Notes: a model not told the origin generated them from the letters alone. A stretch of DNA of 64,000 bases from Candidatus Uhrbacteria bacterium RIFCSPLOWO2_01_FULL_47_17 (GCA_001791305.1 MGEI01000005.1:210698-274697); one strand, 5' to 3'; shown: positions 39,391 through 48,982, counted from the first letter of the stretch. Program-made: numbers and translations.

Positions 39391-39761
39391 ACTTCTTGAG
39401 TCAGGGTTTTTTTACATTGAATGCATGAGCTTGAGGTTGGGCGCGCAAGAAGTCGGCGCTCATCAATGGGTTGATGACAATACTTACATGTTCCGTAATT
39501 CCCTTTATCGATTTGTTTCAGCGTGGACTCGACATCACGTAACGCCTTTTCGAGTTCGTCTTCCAAAGAAAGATTATCAGAAAATTGGGCAACTTCAGAA
39601 GCGTTTTCATCCTCACTATCCCCATTATTTGGAAAGTTTGCTTGAAAGCTTTCTTCGGTTGCTTTTGGGTTTCTGTGTGAAAACTTGGAGAGTTCCGTTT
39701 CAAGGCGCATTTTTTCTTCTTCCAAGAGAGTTTTTGCTTTTGAAACAAGATCCTTTGTCAT
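39387..39761 (-). CDS. TraR/DksA C4 zinc-finger protein
   Basis: YGTCKYC..IDERRLLARP...CIQC. Confidence 0.88.
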   Translation of the reverse strand: MTKDLVSKAKTLLEEEKMRLETELSKFSHRNPKATEESFQANFPNNGDSEDENASEVAQFSDNLSLEDELEKALRDVESTLKQIDKGNYGTCKYCHQPIDERRLLARPTSSSCIQCKKTLTQEV

Positions 39762-39831
39762 ATGAGGGTGATGGAAAAACATCCATTCAAATCTTTAATG
39801 AAGCCAGCATAGCATAAAGAAGCGAGAAAAG

Positions 39832-40197
39832 AAAAAAGCCCCCGAAGGGGCTAGGAAACGAATTAGCGACCGGTTTAGATATCGGGTTTTGGGTTCAATC
39901 CTTTATTGACGTTCAAAACTCGACATCCATACCGGTACAACTACTTCATTTAAGAAGAAGCTCTTGTCATCTACCATTCAATGGTTTTACCCAGGCGAAG
40001 ACCAGAAGGTCGTCATAATTTGGGCGAACCTAGATGTTGTTCGATTTTGTTTTTGTTTTTAATCAGAACAGTAGATGTGCGTGAGATCATGGTTCCTGAA
40101 TCATAATTCAAGCGTGGGGAGCTTGCCGACAGCTGTGGTCGGGATAAAGGAGGATCTCAGAGATGGAAAAGGTACGAAGCAGTGTTTCACGACTGCA
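39832..40197 (-). ncRNA. Candidate large structured non-coding RNA (unknown family)
   Basis: TTGACC-17-TATTAT promoter (40231-40203), many stems, GCCCC-TTCG-GGGGC-T6 terminator, no ORF of 60 aa or more. Confidence 0.6.
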
Positions 40198-40297
40198 CAT
40201 ATATAATACCAAAAAAAGACCCAAAGGTCAATCTATACTTTTGTGCTTTGTTGAGAATTAAAATCGTACTATGAGAAAAAAATGTGTGCACAGCATA

Positions 40298-40355
40298 TGT
40301 GGAAGATAAAAAGTTATCCACAATTTATACCACTTATCCCACAGTTATCCACAGC
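40298..40355. promoter_or_regulatory. DnaA-box cluster distant from oriC
   Basis: Perfect TTATCCACA at 40314-40322 and 40345-40353 plus variants TTATACCAC, TATCCCACA. Confidence 0.7.
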
Positions 40356-41648
40356 CTATTTACAGAAGCGAATCGTTGTTGAAACTATTCCACTTTTAAC
40401 GCCAATACTTGAGAAATTTTGGGCAAATAACAAAATAGCACTGTTGTTTGGAACATTTGCGTATTGGTTTTGCATTGTTACAAGCGGCTGCAAGGCAATG
40501 CCGGCCATATTACCTGAGCAAATCTTGTTTGCCGATTTTGCTGATTCTTTTGTATAGCGAAAAAGCGATTCGCGATTTGTGAGGAAAATCTTATGATTTT
40601 GTGCGCGGCTTGCCAGTAAATCAACGTTATTTACATGAATGCGATTGATCTGTGTTCCAAGGAGAGTGATCTGTTCTACAGAAACGGAGTTCGGGTTCGC
40701 GATAATTTCTTTGATAGATGAGCCATCGTCAAGAAGTGTTTCTTGGATTTTTGGGGTATTCAGGGCGGCAATGGAACGTAAAGCTTGTTCGATATCGATG
40801 TCTTTTTTAAGTTCTGACGGAGTTATTGTAAGGAAAAAACCGACCCCATTTGCATCTTTGGTGAGAAGAAGCTGACTTTTATTGTTTGCCAGATCATTCA
40901 AGTGTGCCAAAAATTGTGGATCCACAACGGATTGCATGAGCGGAAGAAAAGGATCCAAGAATTCGTTTGATGTGTTTGGCAAGAATGGAGTAGACAAATA
41001 TGCGAATGTGTCATTTGGAATTTGTTTGAATGCCTGTCCATCTGTGTGTACAACAGGAAGAGTCATCTCTACATGATTTTTTGTGGCAAACAGAAAAGAT
41101 CTTTTCGTGTTTGTCTGATCAACAAGTTCGCCAATCCAACGTTTTCCTGGGAGGGAAATTCCAGGAAGCAGTTTTGGTTTGATTTGAAATGGTTTTATGA
41201 TGACTTGTTTCTCTGAAAGTAAGACAATGTTGTGCCCAATCGGCTGTACGGCAACTGTTTGAGAATCGAGAAGAGATTGTGGAAGGGCTGTTTTCCCTTT
41301 TCGTATTGCAATGGATCTTGATCCATCTTTATTAACGAAGAGGACAAACTCTCCGGAAATATAAGGGGACAGATCCGTAAGGGTGAGAGATCTATTCGAA
41401 ATAAGCGGAATGTTTTTTGTTATTGATTCGACAATTTCACCCTTTTTTCCGCTTATAAAGAACCGAACCGCGATCGTAGTGTTTTCAGGAGCGGCTTTGT
41501 AAATAGTATCTCGTGTAAACCAAAGGGTGCTTATCCATGCGGTTGCGAGCATGATTGAGAAGATTCCGGCCGCTAGAATCCAAACAACCCACCGAGTTCG
41601 GCGGGTTGTTTTGGAATTTCTAGACAGTGGAATATTAAGGTGTTGCAT
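40356..41648 (-). CDS. Hypothetical membrane-anchored protein
   Basis: 430-aa ORF with N-terminal TM helix, overlaps pnp stop. Confidence 0.7.
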   Translation of the reverse strand: MQHLNIPLSRNSKTTRRTRWVVWILAAGIFSIMLATAWISTLWFTRDTIYKAAPENTTIAVRFFISGKKGEIVESITKNIPLISNRSLTLTDLSPYISGEFVLFVNKDGSRSIAIRKGKTALPQSLLDSQTVAVQPIGHNIVLLSEKQVIIKPFQIKPKLLPGISLPGKRWIGELVDQTNTKRSFLFATKNHVEMTLPVVHTDGQAFKQIPNDTFAYLSTPFLPNTSNEFLDPFLPLMQSVVDPQFLAHLNDLANNKSQLLLTKDANGVGFFLTITPSELKKDIDIEQALRSIAALNTPKIQETLLDDGSSIKEIIANPNSVSVEQITLLGTQINRIHVNNVDLLASRAQNHKIFLTNRESLFRYTKESAKSANKICSGNMAGIALQPLVTMQNQYANVPNNSAILLFAQNFSSIGVKSGIVSTTIRFCK

Positions 41649-43881
41649 TTTTCTTGAAGAATGGACGCTTTGGGCGGTCGCCAGATCCTCCAGCTGCTGG
41701 AGGTCGTGGCGTTCCGCTCGCGCTTGGGGCTGGACGTTCTGGATAAACGTTTCCAGGGGCTTCCTTCATGGAAAGACTGATCTTTCCGTCTGGATTGATT
41801 TCCATGACTTTCACAAAAACCACCTGACCCATCTTCACAATATCAGTTACGTTTTCAACGCGCCATGGGGCCATGTTGCTCACGTGAACCATTCCATCCT
41901 TCTTTGGTAAGAATTCGACAATCGCGCCGAAGTCCATGACACGGACGACTTTTCCTTGATAAATCTCGCCAACTTTGGCTTCTCGCGTCAGAGATTCGAT
42001 CCAAGCCTTTGCTTGGTCAGCTCCGTTTGAGTCTTTTGACGTAATCATGACGAGTCCGTCTTCTTCAATGTCGATCGCTTGAACGCCTGTTGTCGCAATA
42101 ATCTCGTTGATCATTTTTCCACCTGGGCCAATGACCGCACCAATAGATTCTGGGTTGATGCGAAGAGTGATGATGCGAGGTGCGTATGGGGAAAGATCTG
42201 GGCGAGGTGCCGCAATTGTTTTTGCCATCACATCGAGGATTTGCATGCGAGCGACTTTCGCTTGGTTCACCGCTTGTGTAACCATTTCACGGGAAAGCCC
42301 TTTTGTTTTTGTGTCCATTTGAATGGCTGTAATACCGTCTCGAGAGCCAGCGATTTTAAAGTCCATTCCACCTTCTCCATCTTCAAGATCCTGAAGGTCG
42401 GTTAAAACTTTGAAACGTCCCTTGTCGTCAGAAGCAAGTCCCATCGCGATTCCTGCAACCGCTGCTTTGATTGGGACTCCAGCGTCCATGAGAGCGAGGG
42501 TTGATCCACAGGTGGATGCCATCGAACTTGATCCGTTTGATCCGAAGACTTCGGATACAGCGCGGACGGTGTATGGAAACGCTTCTTTGTCCGGCATCAT
42601 TCCGCGAAGTGCTTTTTCCGCGAGTCCACCGTGTCCAATGTCGCGACGAGATGGTCCGCGAAGTGGTTTTACTTCTCCAACAGAGAAAGGAGGGAAGTTG
42701 TAGTGATGAAAGTAACGCTTTTTTCCAACCGTTTCCATTCCGTCCAATGTTTGCTCGTCGCCAGGCGCGCCGAGGGTGATGGTTGTGAGAACTTGTGTTT
42801 CTCCGCGCATGAAGTGTCCGGTTCCATGAATGCGTGGGAGGAGTTGAACTTCGGCAAGAAGCGCGCGAATCTCATCGAGTCCGCGACCATCAACACGTCT
42901 ACTGTCTTCGATCACCGCACGAGTCAACTCGCTCTCGAGAACTTCGATCACGATGTCTGTTCCGTATTTGATTTGATCTTTTTCAACACCTTTGTCGATC
43001 AAGAATTGTTTCGTGCGTGCTTTCAATTCTGTTTTCTGCGCCGCACGCTCACCTTTTGTTGCCTGCGGTGCTTTGAAGAACAATTCTTTTACCTGTTCGA
43101 GGATGTAAGGACGTACGAGTGTTTCGACGTGCTCGCGAGCGACCAAGATCGCTTTTTCCTCTTCTGTTTTTGGAGAAAGAATATCAACTTTTGTTTTTCC
43201 CGCAGCCTTCACAACTTGATTGATGAGTTCCATCGGTTCTTTCAAATGTTTTTGTCCAAACCAGAATGCTTCAAGCACAACATCTTCTGGCGCTTCGTTT
43301 GCTCCCGCTTCCACCATGATGATGGATTCAGTTGTTCCTGCGAACGCGAGATCGAGAAGAGACTTCTCACGCGCTTCGTAGCTTGGGTTGATCACCCATT
43401 CGCCTTCAATTTGGCCGATACGGATACAACCGAGTGGGCCGTCCCATGGAATGTCTGACATCGCGAGGGCACAGCTTCCGCCAATGAGGCCGAGAACATC
43501 TGGATCATTTTCGCCGTCGAAGGCGAGACAAGTCACAATAACTTGAATGTCATTGCGAATGCGATCATCAAAGAGTGGGCGTAAAGCGCGATCGATAAAT
43601 CGGGCTGTGAGAATCGCTTCATCGGTTGGGCGACCTTCGGTTTTCATGAAGCGAGAACCTTTGATACGTCCTGCAGCGTAGAGTTTTTCTTCGTAATCAA
43701 CCATGAGTGGAAGATAGTCGATTCCGTCGCGCTTGTTTGAACTAAGCGTTGCGGTTGCAAGGATCACGGTGTCTCCGTATTGCACCATACAAGCGCCGTT
43801 CGCTTGTGCTGCATACTTTCCGACTTCGATCGACAATGTTTTTCCACCCCATTGCGTTTCGAATTTCTGAATCTTGTTCAT
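41635..43881 (-). CDS. pnp: Polyribonucleotide nucleotidyltransferase
   Basis: RFIDRALRPLF, HHYNFPPFSVGE, SNGSSSMAS, GMDFK, KH and S1 domains. Confidence 0.97.
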   Translation of the reverse strand: MNKIQKFETQWGGKTLSIEVGKYAAQANGACMVQYGDTVILATATLSSNKRDGIDYLPLMVDYEEKLYAAGRIKGSRFMKTEGRPTDEAILTARFIDRALRPLFDDRIRNDIQVIVTCLAFDGENDPDVLGLIGGSCALAMSDIPWDGPLGCIRIGQIEGEWVINPSYEAREKSLLDLAFAGTTESIIMVEAGANEAPEDVVLEAFWFGQKHLKEPMELINQVVKAAGKTKVDILSPKTEEEKAILVAREHVETLVRPYILEQVKELFFKAPQATKGERAAQKTELKARTKQFLIDKGVEKDQIKYGTDIVIEVLESELTRAVIEDSRRVDGRGLDEIRALLAEVQLLPRIHGTGHFMRGETQVLTTITLGAPGDEQTLDGMETVGKKRYFHHYNFPPFSVGEVKPLRGPSRRDIGHGGLAEKALRGMMPDKEAFPYTVRAVSEVFGSNGSSSMASTCGSTLALMDAGVPIKAAVAGIAMGLASDDKGRFKVLTDLQDLEDGEGGMDFKIAGSRDGITAIQMDTKTKGLSREMVTQAVNQAKVARMQILDVMAKTIAAPRPDLSPYAPRIITLRINPESIGAVIGPGGKMINEIIATTGVQAIDIEEDGLVMITSKDSNGADQAKAWIESLTREAKVGEIYQGKVVRVMDFGAIVEFLPKKDGMVHVSNMAPWRVENVTDIVKMGQVVFVKVMEINPDGKISLSMKEAPGNVYPERPAPSASGTPRPPAAGGSGDRPKRPFFKKNATP

Positions 43882-43888
43882 AATTTGT

Positions 43889-43949
43889 GATTCTGCAGAA
43901 GCGTAAGATGTCGAGCAACTTCTCGAGATCTCGTTGTCTCTGCAGAATC
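43889..43949 (-). promoter_or_regulatory. Long hairpin in pnp 5' leader
   Basis: GATTCTGCAGA (43889) pairs with TCTGCAGAATC (43939); inner TCGAG/CTCGA stem. Confidence 0.6.
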
Positions 43950-44011
43950 GGGTTAATGATTAATCCGTGTAAGGCTTGCGAGTTTCGCAAGCCTCTCACC
44001 GCGTAATCATT

Positions 44012-44707
44012 TTAAAACTCCAATCTTCGTTCGCGTGAATCTTCTTGGTCGTTGTTTGGTTTTGATTCCATGAAGAATCCTTGCGTGACTTGATCATCTT
44101 CGTGTTCTTCGCCAATGTCATCTGTATTTGTTGGCTCAAGATACTCTGGCTCGTCGTTGTAATTCGGTTTTTCATCGCGTGACTGTTTTTTTTCGTACGC
44201 AGGTTTCAATGCAGGTCCAATTAAATAGCGTCGTTTGTTTTGCGACATGTCGATGTGCGCATCAACAACGCCGGTCAGGATCGACGAAGTTGTTTCGCCG
44301 AAACTAATCAATTCTACGATGCGTCCGCGTGCTTGGCAATATTGTACGAGCGGTGCGTAATCGCCATCGCCCGAGACAAGGACGACGACGTCGAGCATGT
44401 CGAGCATGCGCACGACGTCGATGGTCAGGCCAACATCCCAATCACCTTTTTTGTGGCCGGATGCATATTCGATCAAATCTTTTTCGCGAAGTTCAATCCC
44501 TGCTTTCTCAAGAGCATCGAAGAACGGACGCCCTTCTTCTCCTTTCGTTGTAATGACGTACGCCATCGCACGAATGAGTTTGCGTCCGCCTGTTGCGTCT
44601 TCAAGAATGTGTTTGAAATCCACTTTGCGTTTAAAAAGATAACGCGCCGAGTAATACATGTTCTGTGTGTCGATAAAAATGCCGACACGTTGGTCTGGGT
44701 GTTGCAT
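44012..44707 (-). CDS. NYN (LabA/DUF88) domain protein
   Basis: IFIDTQN, KGDWDVG, VSGDGDY. Confidence 0.9.
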   Translation of the reverse strand: MQHPDQRVGIFIDTQNMYYSARYLFKRKVDFKHILEDATGGRKLIRAMAYVITTKGEEGRPFFDALEKAGIELREKDLIEYASGHKKGDWDVGLTIDVVRMLDMLDVVVLVSGDGDYAPLVQYCQARGRIVELISFGETTSSILTGVVDAHIDMSQNKRRYLIGPALKPAYEKKQSRDEKPNYNDEPEYLEPTNTDDIGEEHEDDQVTQGFFMESKPNNDQEDSRERRLEF

Positions 44708-44715
44708 AGAAAAAT

Positions 44716-44740
44716 GTAGGGGAGGGTCGCGACCCTCCCG
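44716..44740. repeat. GTAG-type REP palindrome
   Basis: GTAG-GGGAGGGTCGCGACCCTCCC-G. Confidence 0.6.
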
Positions 44741-44818
44741 TGCGAATTAGGTTGCACACGAAAAAAAAGTGCGTGCGAGAAAAAGGCAAAACCTCGCCGA
44801 AGGGGCGAGGCTTTTATA

Positions 44819-45082
44819 TTACTTCAATTCGAGTTCTTTTTTGAGTTTCAAAAACGCTTTTGCGTCTTCGCGCTCAAGGTATTTGAGCAAGCGGCGGCGT
44901 TCGTTGACTTTTTTGATGAGTCCACGGCGAGATGAAAAGTCTTTTTTGTGGTCTTTCAAGTGATCCGTAAGCTCAGAGATTTCTGAGGTTAAAATCGCGA
45001 TCTGGACTTGCGGTGACCCTGTGTCAGAAGCGTGTGTGCGGAATTTCTCAATAATCTTGAGTTTTTTCTTAACATCGAGCAT
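44819..45082 (-). CDS. rpsO: 30S ribosomal protein S15
   Basis: DTGSPQVQIA, HKKDFSSRRGL, RRRLLKYL. Confidence 0.97.
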   Translation of the reverse strand: MLDVKKKLKIIEKFRTHASDTGSPQVQIAILTSEISELTDHLKDHKKDFSSRRGLIKKVNERRRLLKYLEREDAKAFLKLKKELELK

Positions 45083-45096
45083 AGATTTGTGATTTC

Positions 45097-45152
45097 ATGC
45101 CTGTCAACCGAGAATCGGGGGCTCGAGTCCACGAAACCGAGTCAGAGGCCTG
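45097..45152 (-). promoter_or_regulatory. Putative S15 autoregulatory leader RNA
   Basis: GC-rich stem (GCCT..AGGC, TGACTCGG/TCGGTTG, GGAC-TCGA-GCCC) between promoter TTGACA..TATATT and rpsO. Confidence 0.55.
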
Positions 45153-45203
45153 TGAGTTATGCGGCTAATATAAGGATATAAGGCTTCTTTGTCAAATATT
45201 TAG

Positions 45204-45536
45204 CTATCCATAGAGTAAAATCCCCACGACAACCCCAATGTCCACGAGAACCATCAGGCTGTTTGGAAACCAAATGGGGGCTTCTTTGTGGAGCCAGCCG
45301 TAGGTAGTCCAATAGACCGCACTCACAAGATATGTTCCCCAGGTGATGAGGGAAAGGTTGGAGGCATTGTGGTGGGCAAAGATGGTGATGAACTGCGGAA
45401 TCGTCATGAGTGGAACAATCACAGATAAATACGCGAGATGATCAACCGTGCGTACGAGTTTTGTGTTTCCCGGAATAGGTTCAAGGGTTTTTGTTCCGCG
45501 TTTGCGTTTTTGAAAATGGTGAAGACCGGAGATCAT
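45204..45536 (-). CDS. SemiSWEET/PQ-loop family small transporter
   Basis: TIPQ, NLSLITW, WTTYG, three TM helices. Confidence 0.75.
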   Translation of the reverse strand: MISGLHHFQKRKRGTKTLEPIPGNTKLVRTVDHLAYLSVIVPLMTIPQFITIFAHHNASNLSLITWGTYLVSAVYWTTYGWLHKEAPIWFPNSLMVLVDIGVVVGILLYG

Positions 45537-45575
45537 AAAAAAATGTATTACGAACTTCTGCTATAATAGCATTCT

Positions 45576-46787
45576 ATGCTATCGATTGATAATCGTCCTT
45601 CGTTTTCTCATACGCACAGATTTTCTTTTGGACACGCGGCTGCGCTTCCAACACTCGCCCTCAATCGGCTCCTTGCGTACGCTGCCTCAAGCATTATCGG
45701 ATTGTTCCTTCCGATTTTTTTGTTCGATTTTTTTCATCGATCATTTCAAGCTGTTCTCTTATTTTATCTTGTTGATCAACTCTTAAAGTTGCCGTTCTAT
45801 GTTCCTGGTGCAAAGATTTTTTCAAAGATTGGTTTGAAAAAAAGTATGATGATTGGTGTGCTTGGATTGTCTGTTTTTTATTTCATGTTTTTTCTTCTGG
45901 GACAAAACACTCCGGTTTCTCCTTTTATCTTGATGGGTATTGGGCTTGTGGCGCTTATGTTTACAAGCACGCTTTACTGGTCCCCATTTCACATTGATTT
46001 TGCGGAATTCTCCTCAAAAGAAAAACGCGGGCGTCAGATTAGTGCTCTTTTTGTGCTTCAACACATTATTGGAGTGATCGGTCCGATTGTCTCTGGAGCG
46101 TTGATTGTTTTGTATGGTTATTCCGCAACGTTCGCCCTCGGGTTTTTTCTGGTTCTGTGTTCCCTTCTCCCGCTTTATTTTCTTCCCGCCAAATCTGTGC
46201 AATATGAATTCGGGTATTGGCAAAGTTTTCGCGAATTATTCTCCAAACGGTTTCGGCCCATGTCGATTTCTATGATGGCATTTGGAGCAGAAAATACCAT
46301 TGGAATTCTTGTATGGCCCATTTTTCTCTACATGCTTTTTGAGGGTGATTATTTGAACATTGGATTTTTCTCCGCGTTTATCATTATCACAACACTTCTC
46401 TTTCAGATTTTTATTGGAAAAGAAACAGACAAGGTTTCCGCAAAACGGATGCTTCATATCGGAACAGGATTGTATGCGCTTGGATGGGTTTGGAAAGGGC
46501 TTGTGCAAACCGTGACGGGAGTATTCGCCGCCTCAACATTTCACAGCTTTGGCTCCATTTTTCTGCAGACCCCCATGGACGCACTGACGTATGAGCAGGC
46601 AGCGGATGCAGGACATTACATTGATGAATACACCGTATTGCGTGAGATGTCATTAAATATTGGTCGCATTTTTATTATAATTTTCCTCTTGGTTTTAAAC
46701 ATTTATCTCCCAATCACCGTTTCATTCTTTGTTGCAGCAGCAATCTCTCTCGTGATTAATCGCCTCGCGGATACGGTTCGAACTTAG
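45576..46787 (+). CDS. MFS transporter
   Basis: About 12 TM helices, KRGRQ, GPIVSG, LREMSLNIGR. Confidence 0.85.
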   Translation: MLSIDNRPSFSHTHRFSFGHAAALPTLALNRLLAYAASSIIGLFLPIFLFDFFHRSFQAVLLFYLVDQLLKLPFYVPGAKIFSKIGLKKSMMIGVLGLSVFYFMFFLLGQNTPVSPFILMGIGLVALMFTSTLYWSPFHIDFAEFSSKEKRGRQISALFVLQHIIGVIGPIVSGALIVLYGYSATFALGFFLVLCSLLPLYFLPAKSVQYEFGYWQSFRELFSKRFRPMSISMMAFGAENTIGILVWPIFLYMLFEGDYLNIGFFSAFIIITTLLFQIFIGKETDKVSAKRMLHIGTGLYALGWVWKGLVQTVTGVFAASTFHSFGSIFLQTPMDALTYEQAADAGHYIDEYTVLREMSLNIGRIFIIIFLLVLNIYLPITVSFFVAAAISLVINRLADTVRT

Positions 46788-46796
46788 CGATGGCAA

Positions 46797-46830
46797 TAAA
46801 AAAATATCCCTGGGTCAGGGATATTTTTTT
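46797..46830. terminator. Bidirectional intrinsic terminator
   Basis: AAAAAAATATCCCTG-GGT-CAGGGATATTTTTTT. Confidence 0.75.
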
Positions 46831-46839
46831 ATTGTCGCG

Positions 46840-47592
46840 TTACTTGCCGAGTGCCTTATCAATAGCTGCGGAAAGTGTTGCTTCTGGGACAGCTCCCGTA
46901 ATTGGCGTTGCACTTCCATCTTTTCCAATCACGAATGTTCCAGGGGTTCCATTTACTCCTGCTGCACCACCTGCTGCCGCTTGGTCTTGAACTTTGTTCA
47001 AGTATTTTTGTGTGCTGACACAATCGTTAAACTTGTTGAGGTTGAGTTTGTTGTCGGCCGCGAGTTTTTTGAAGTAGTCTGCCGTCAAAGCGTCTTGATT
47101 TTTAAACATGGCGCCATGAAACTCCCAGAACTTTCCTTGTTCAGCCGCACACTCAGACGCAAGAGCGGCCGGGAGAGCGTTTGGATGAAAAGATAATGGG
47201 AAGTGGCGGTAAACAATACGTACCTGGTCTTTATATTTTGCCATGACCGCGTCTAAGGTTGGTTCAAATGCGCCGCAGTATGGGCATTGAAAATCTGAGT
47301 ATTCAATGAGAGTGACCGGAGCGTTTTTGTTTCCTTTAATCTGGTCCTCGTTTGAGACGGCAGGAACGGTTCCAGTTGGAGCCGGTGCGGCGTCATCGCC
47401 AGCTGGTGCGTTATTTACCGCAATGGCTTTTCCACTGCCGAGCGACAAATCGCTCACAGAGCAACTTCCGCGGAACATGCAGGTTGAAAGCAAGATAAAA
47501 CCGAGTGTTCCAATTCCAAGGATGGCTGCTCCAATTCCCAGGTAAAACGCGGTTTTAGATGGGATGACGTCAAAAAGATTTTGTTTTTCCAT
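46840..47592 (-). CDS. DsbA-family thiol-disulfide oxidoreductase
   Basis: EYSDFQCPYC, RHFPLSFH, GVNGTP. Confidence 0.9.
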   Translation of the reverse strand: MEKQNLFDVIPSKTAFYLGIGAAILGIGTLGFILLSTCMFRGSCSVSDLSLGSGKAIAVNNAPAGDDAAPAPTGTVPAVSNEDQIKGNKNAPVTLIEYSDFQCPYCGAFEPTLDAVMAKYKDQVRIVYRHFPLSFHPNALPAALASECAAEQGKFWEFHGAMFKNQDALTADYFKKLAADNKLNLNKFNDCVSTQKYLNKVQDQAAAGGAAGVNGTPGTFVIGKDGSATPITGAVPEATLSAAIDKALGK

Positions 47593-47601
47593 AAGGTGTT
47601 T

Positions 47602-47626
47602 GTAGGGGTGCCCCTTGTGGGTACCC
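47602..47626. repeat. GTAG-type REP palindrome
   Basis: GTAG-GGGTGCCC-CTTGT-GGGTACCC. Confidence 0.55.
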
Positions 47627-47752
47627 ATGCGTTTGATTAATAGATCAAATGTTCCACAAGTTTAGCATGTGAAAGACGAATCGAATAGAGATTCGTCAAG
47701 AGAAGCGTTGCATGTCGACGATCGATGTGGATGTGTCGTATAATTTCGGTAC

Positions 47753-48676
47753 ATGAAAAAACTTGATCAACTGATTACTGACTTTCTTGAGTACCTCGAG
47801 ATCGAACGTGGACGCTCGAATCGCACCATTCGTAATTATGATTTTTATTTGCGACGATTTTCAGATTTTGCGAAGAATCCTTCACCAAAAGATGTGACGC
47901 GCGACAAAATTCACGAGTACCGTTTGTGGTTGAATCGCATGGAGGGTGGGAGGCAGCGTGAGCAGCTTTCGAAGAGTACGCAGAACTATCATTTGATCGC
48001 GCTTCGATCTTTTCTCAAGTACCTCGCGCGCCAAGCGGTCGAGTCTCTTCCGTCCGAGCAGATCGAACTTGCAAAGACACCCATGAGACAGGTTGAGTTT
48101 CTCGAGGTTGATGAGTTAGATCGATTATTGAAAGCTCCCGATCGAACCGCAGCCGGCATGATTGCGTTGCGAGACAAAGCGATTCTCGAATTGCTGTTCT
48201 CGACCGGCCTCCGTGTGTCCGAGCTTTCGAACTTAAAGATCGAGCATGTGAATTTGAAGCGTGATGAATTTACGATTCGTGGAAAAGGTGGAAAAACACG
48301 GCTCGTGTTTCTCTCATCGACGGCGAAGGACGCGATCAAATCGTATTTCGATAAACGCCGTGACGCGTCTCCATTTATTTTCGTCTCGCATGATCGCGCG
48401 AAGCATGGTCGCGAAGAATCCGGGCCGCTCACTCCTCGATCTATTCAAAGAATGGTTGAGCGATATGCAACCGCGGTTGGCATTACAAAACACATCACTC
48501 CGCACACGCTTCGTCACACCTTCGCAACAGATTTACTTCTCTCCGGTGCAGACATTCGATCCGTGCAATCCATGCTCGGTCACTCAAGCATCACAACCAC
48601 ACAGATTTATACACACATTACCAACAACCAGATGAAAGATGTGTATAAGAAGTTTCATGGGAAGCATCATGCGTAA
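47753..48676 (+). CDS. XerC/XerD-like tyrosine recombinase
   Basis: LRDKAILELLFSTGLRVSEL, GKGGKTR, HTLRHTFAT, LGH...TTQIY. Confidence 0.92.
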   Translation: MKKLDQLITDFLEYLEIERGRSNRTIRNYDFYLRRFSDFAKNPSPKDVTRDKIHEYRLWLNRMEGGRQREQLSKSTQNYHLIALRSFLKYLARQAVESLPSEQIELAKTPMRQVEFLEVDELDRLLKAPDRTAAGMIALRDKAILELLFSTGLRVSELSNLKIEHVNLKRDEFTIRGKGGKTRLVFLSSTAKDAIKSYFDKRRDASPFIFVSHDRAKHGREESGPLTPRSIQRMVERYATAVGITKHITPHTLRHTFATDLLLSGADIRSVQSMLGHSSITTTQIYTHITNNQMKDVYKKFHGKHHA

Positions 48677-48748
48677 ACGATTGACAAATACATGCTTTGC
48701 GTGTATTTTTGTGCGACAATAAAAAAAAACGCCAAAGAGGCGATGAGG

Positions 48749-48982
48749 TTACATTTGCAAGGAGAACCGTTGGATTTGCGTCGGAGAAACACGCAGCGAG
48801 ATGGTGCGATTGCCAGAGACGAGGCGCGGATTCATTTGAACTGGTCCGAACATTTCCCTTACTGTCCGATACTTGATCTTTGCTTCTTTCATGGCTGCCT
48901 GGAGTTCTGTGGCATCGAGCGGAATGCACATAGGTGTCTTCTCACCTTGAGAGAATACATCAAACACAAGCAAACACGGCAT
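48749..48982 (-). CDS. Small hypothetical protein
   Basis: GGAGG SD, upstream TTGACA..GATAAT promoter. Confidence 0.45.
   Translation of the reverse strand: MPCLLVFDVFSQGEKTPMCIPLDATELQAAMKEAKIKYRTVREMFGPVQMNPRLVSGNRTISLRVSPTQIQRFSLQM

Noticed and set aside
39832-40197. RNase P RNA, tmRNA or group I intron identity for the structured spacer
   Set aside because: No GAGGAAAGTCC P4 motif, no tRNA-like GGGG..CCA ends, no recognisable P7 core on either strand
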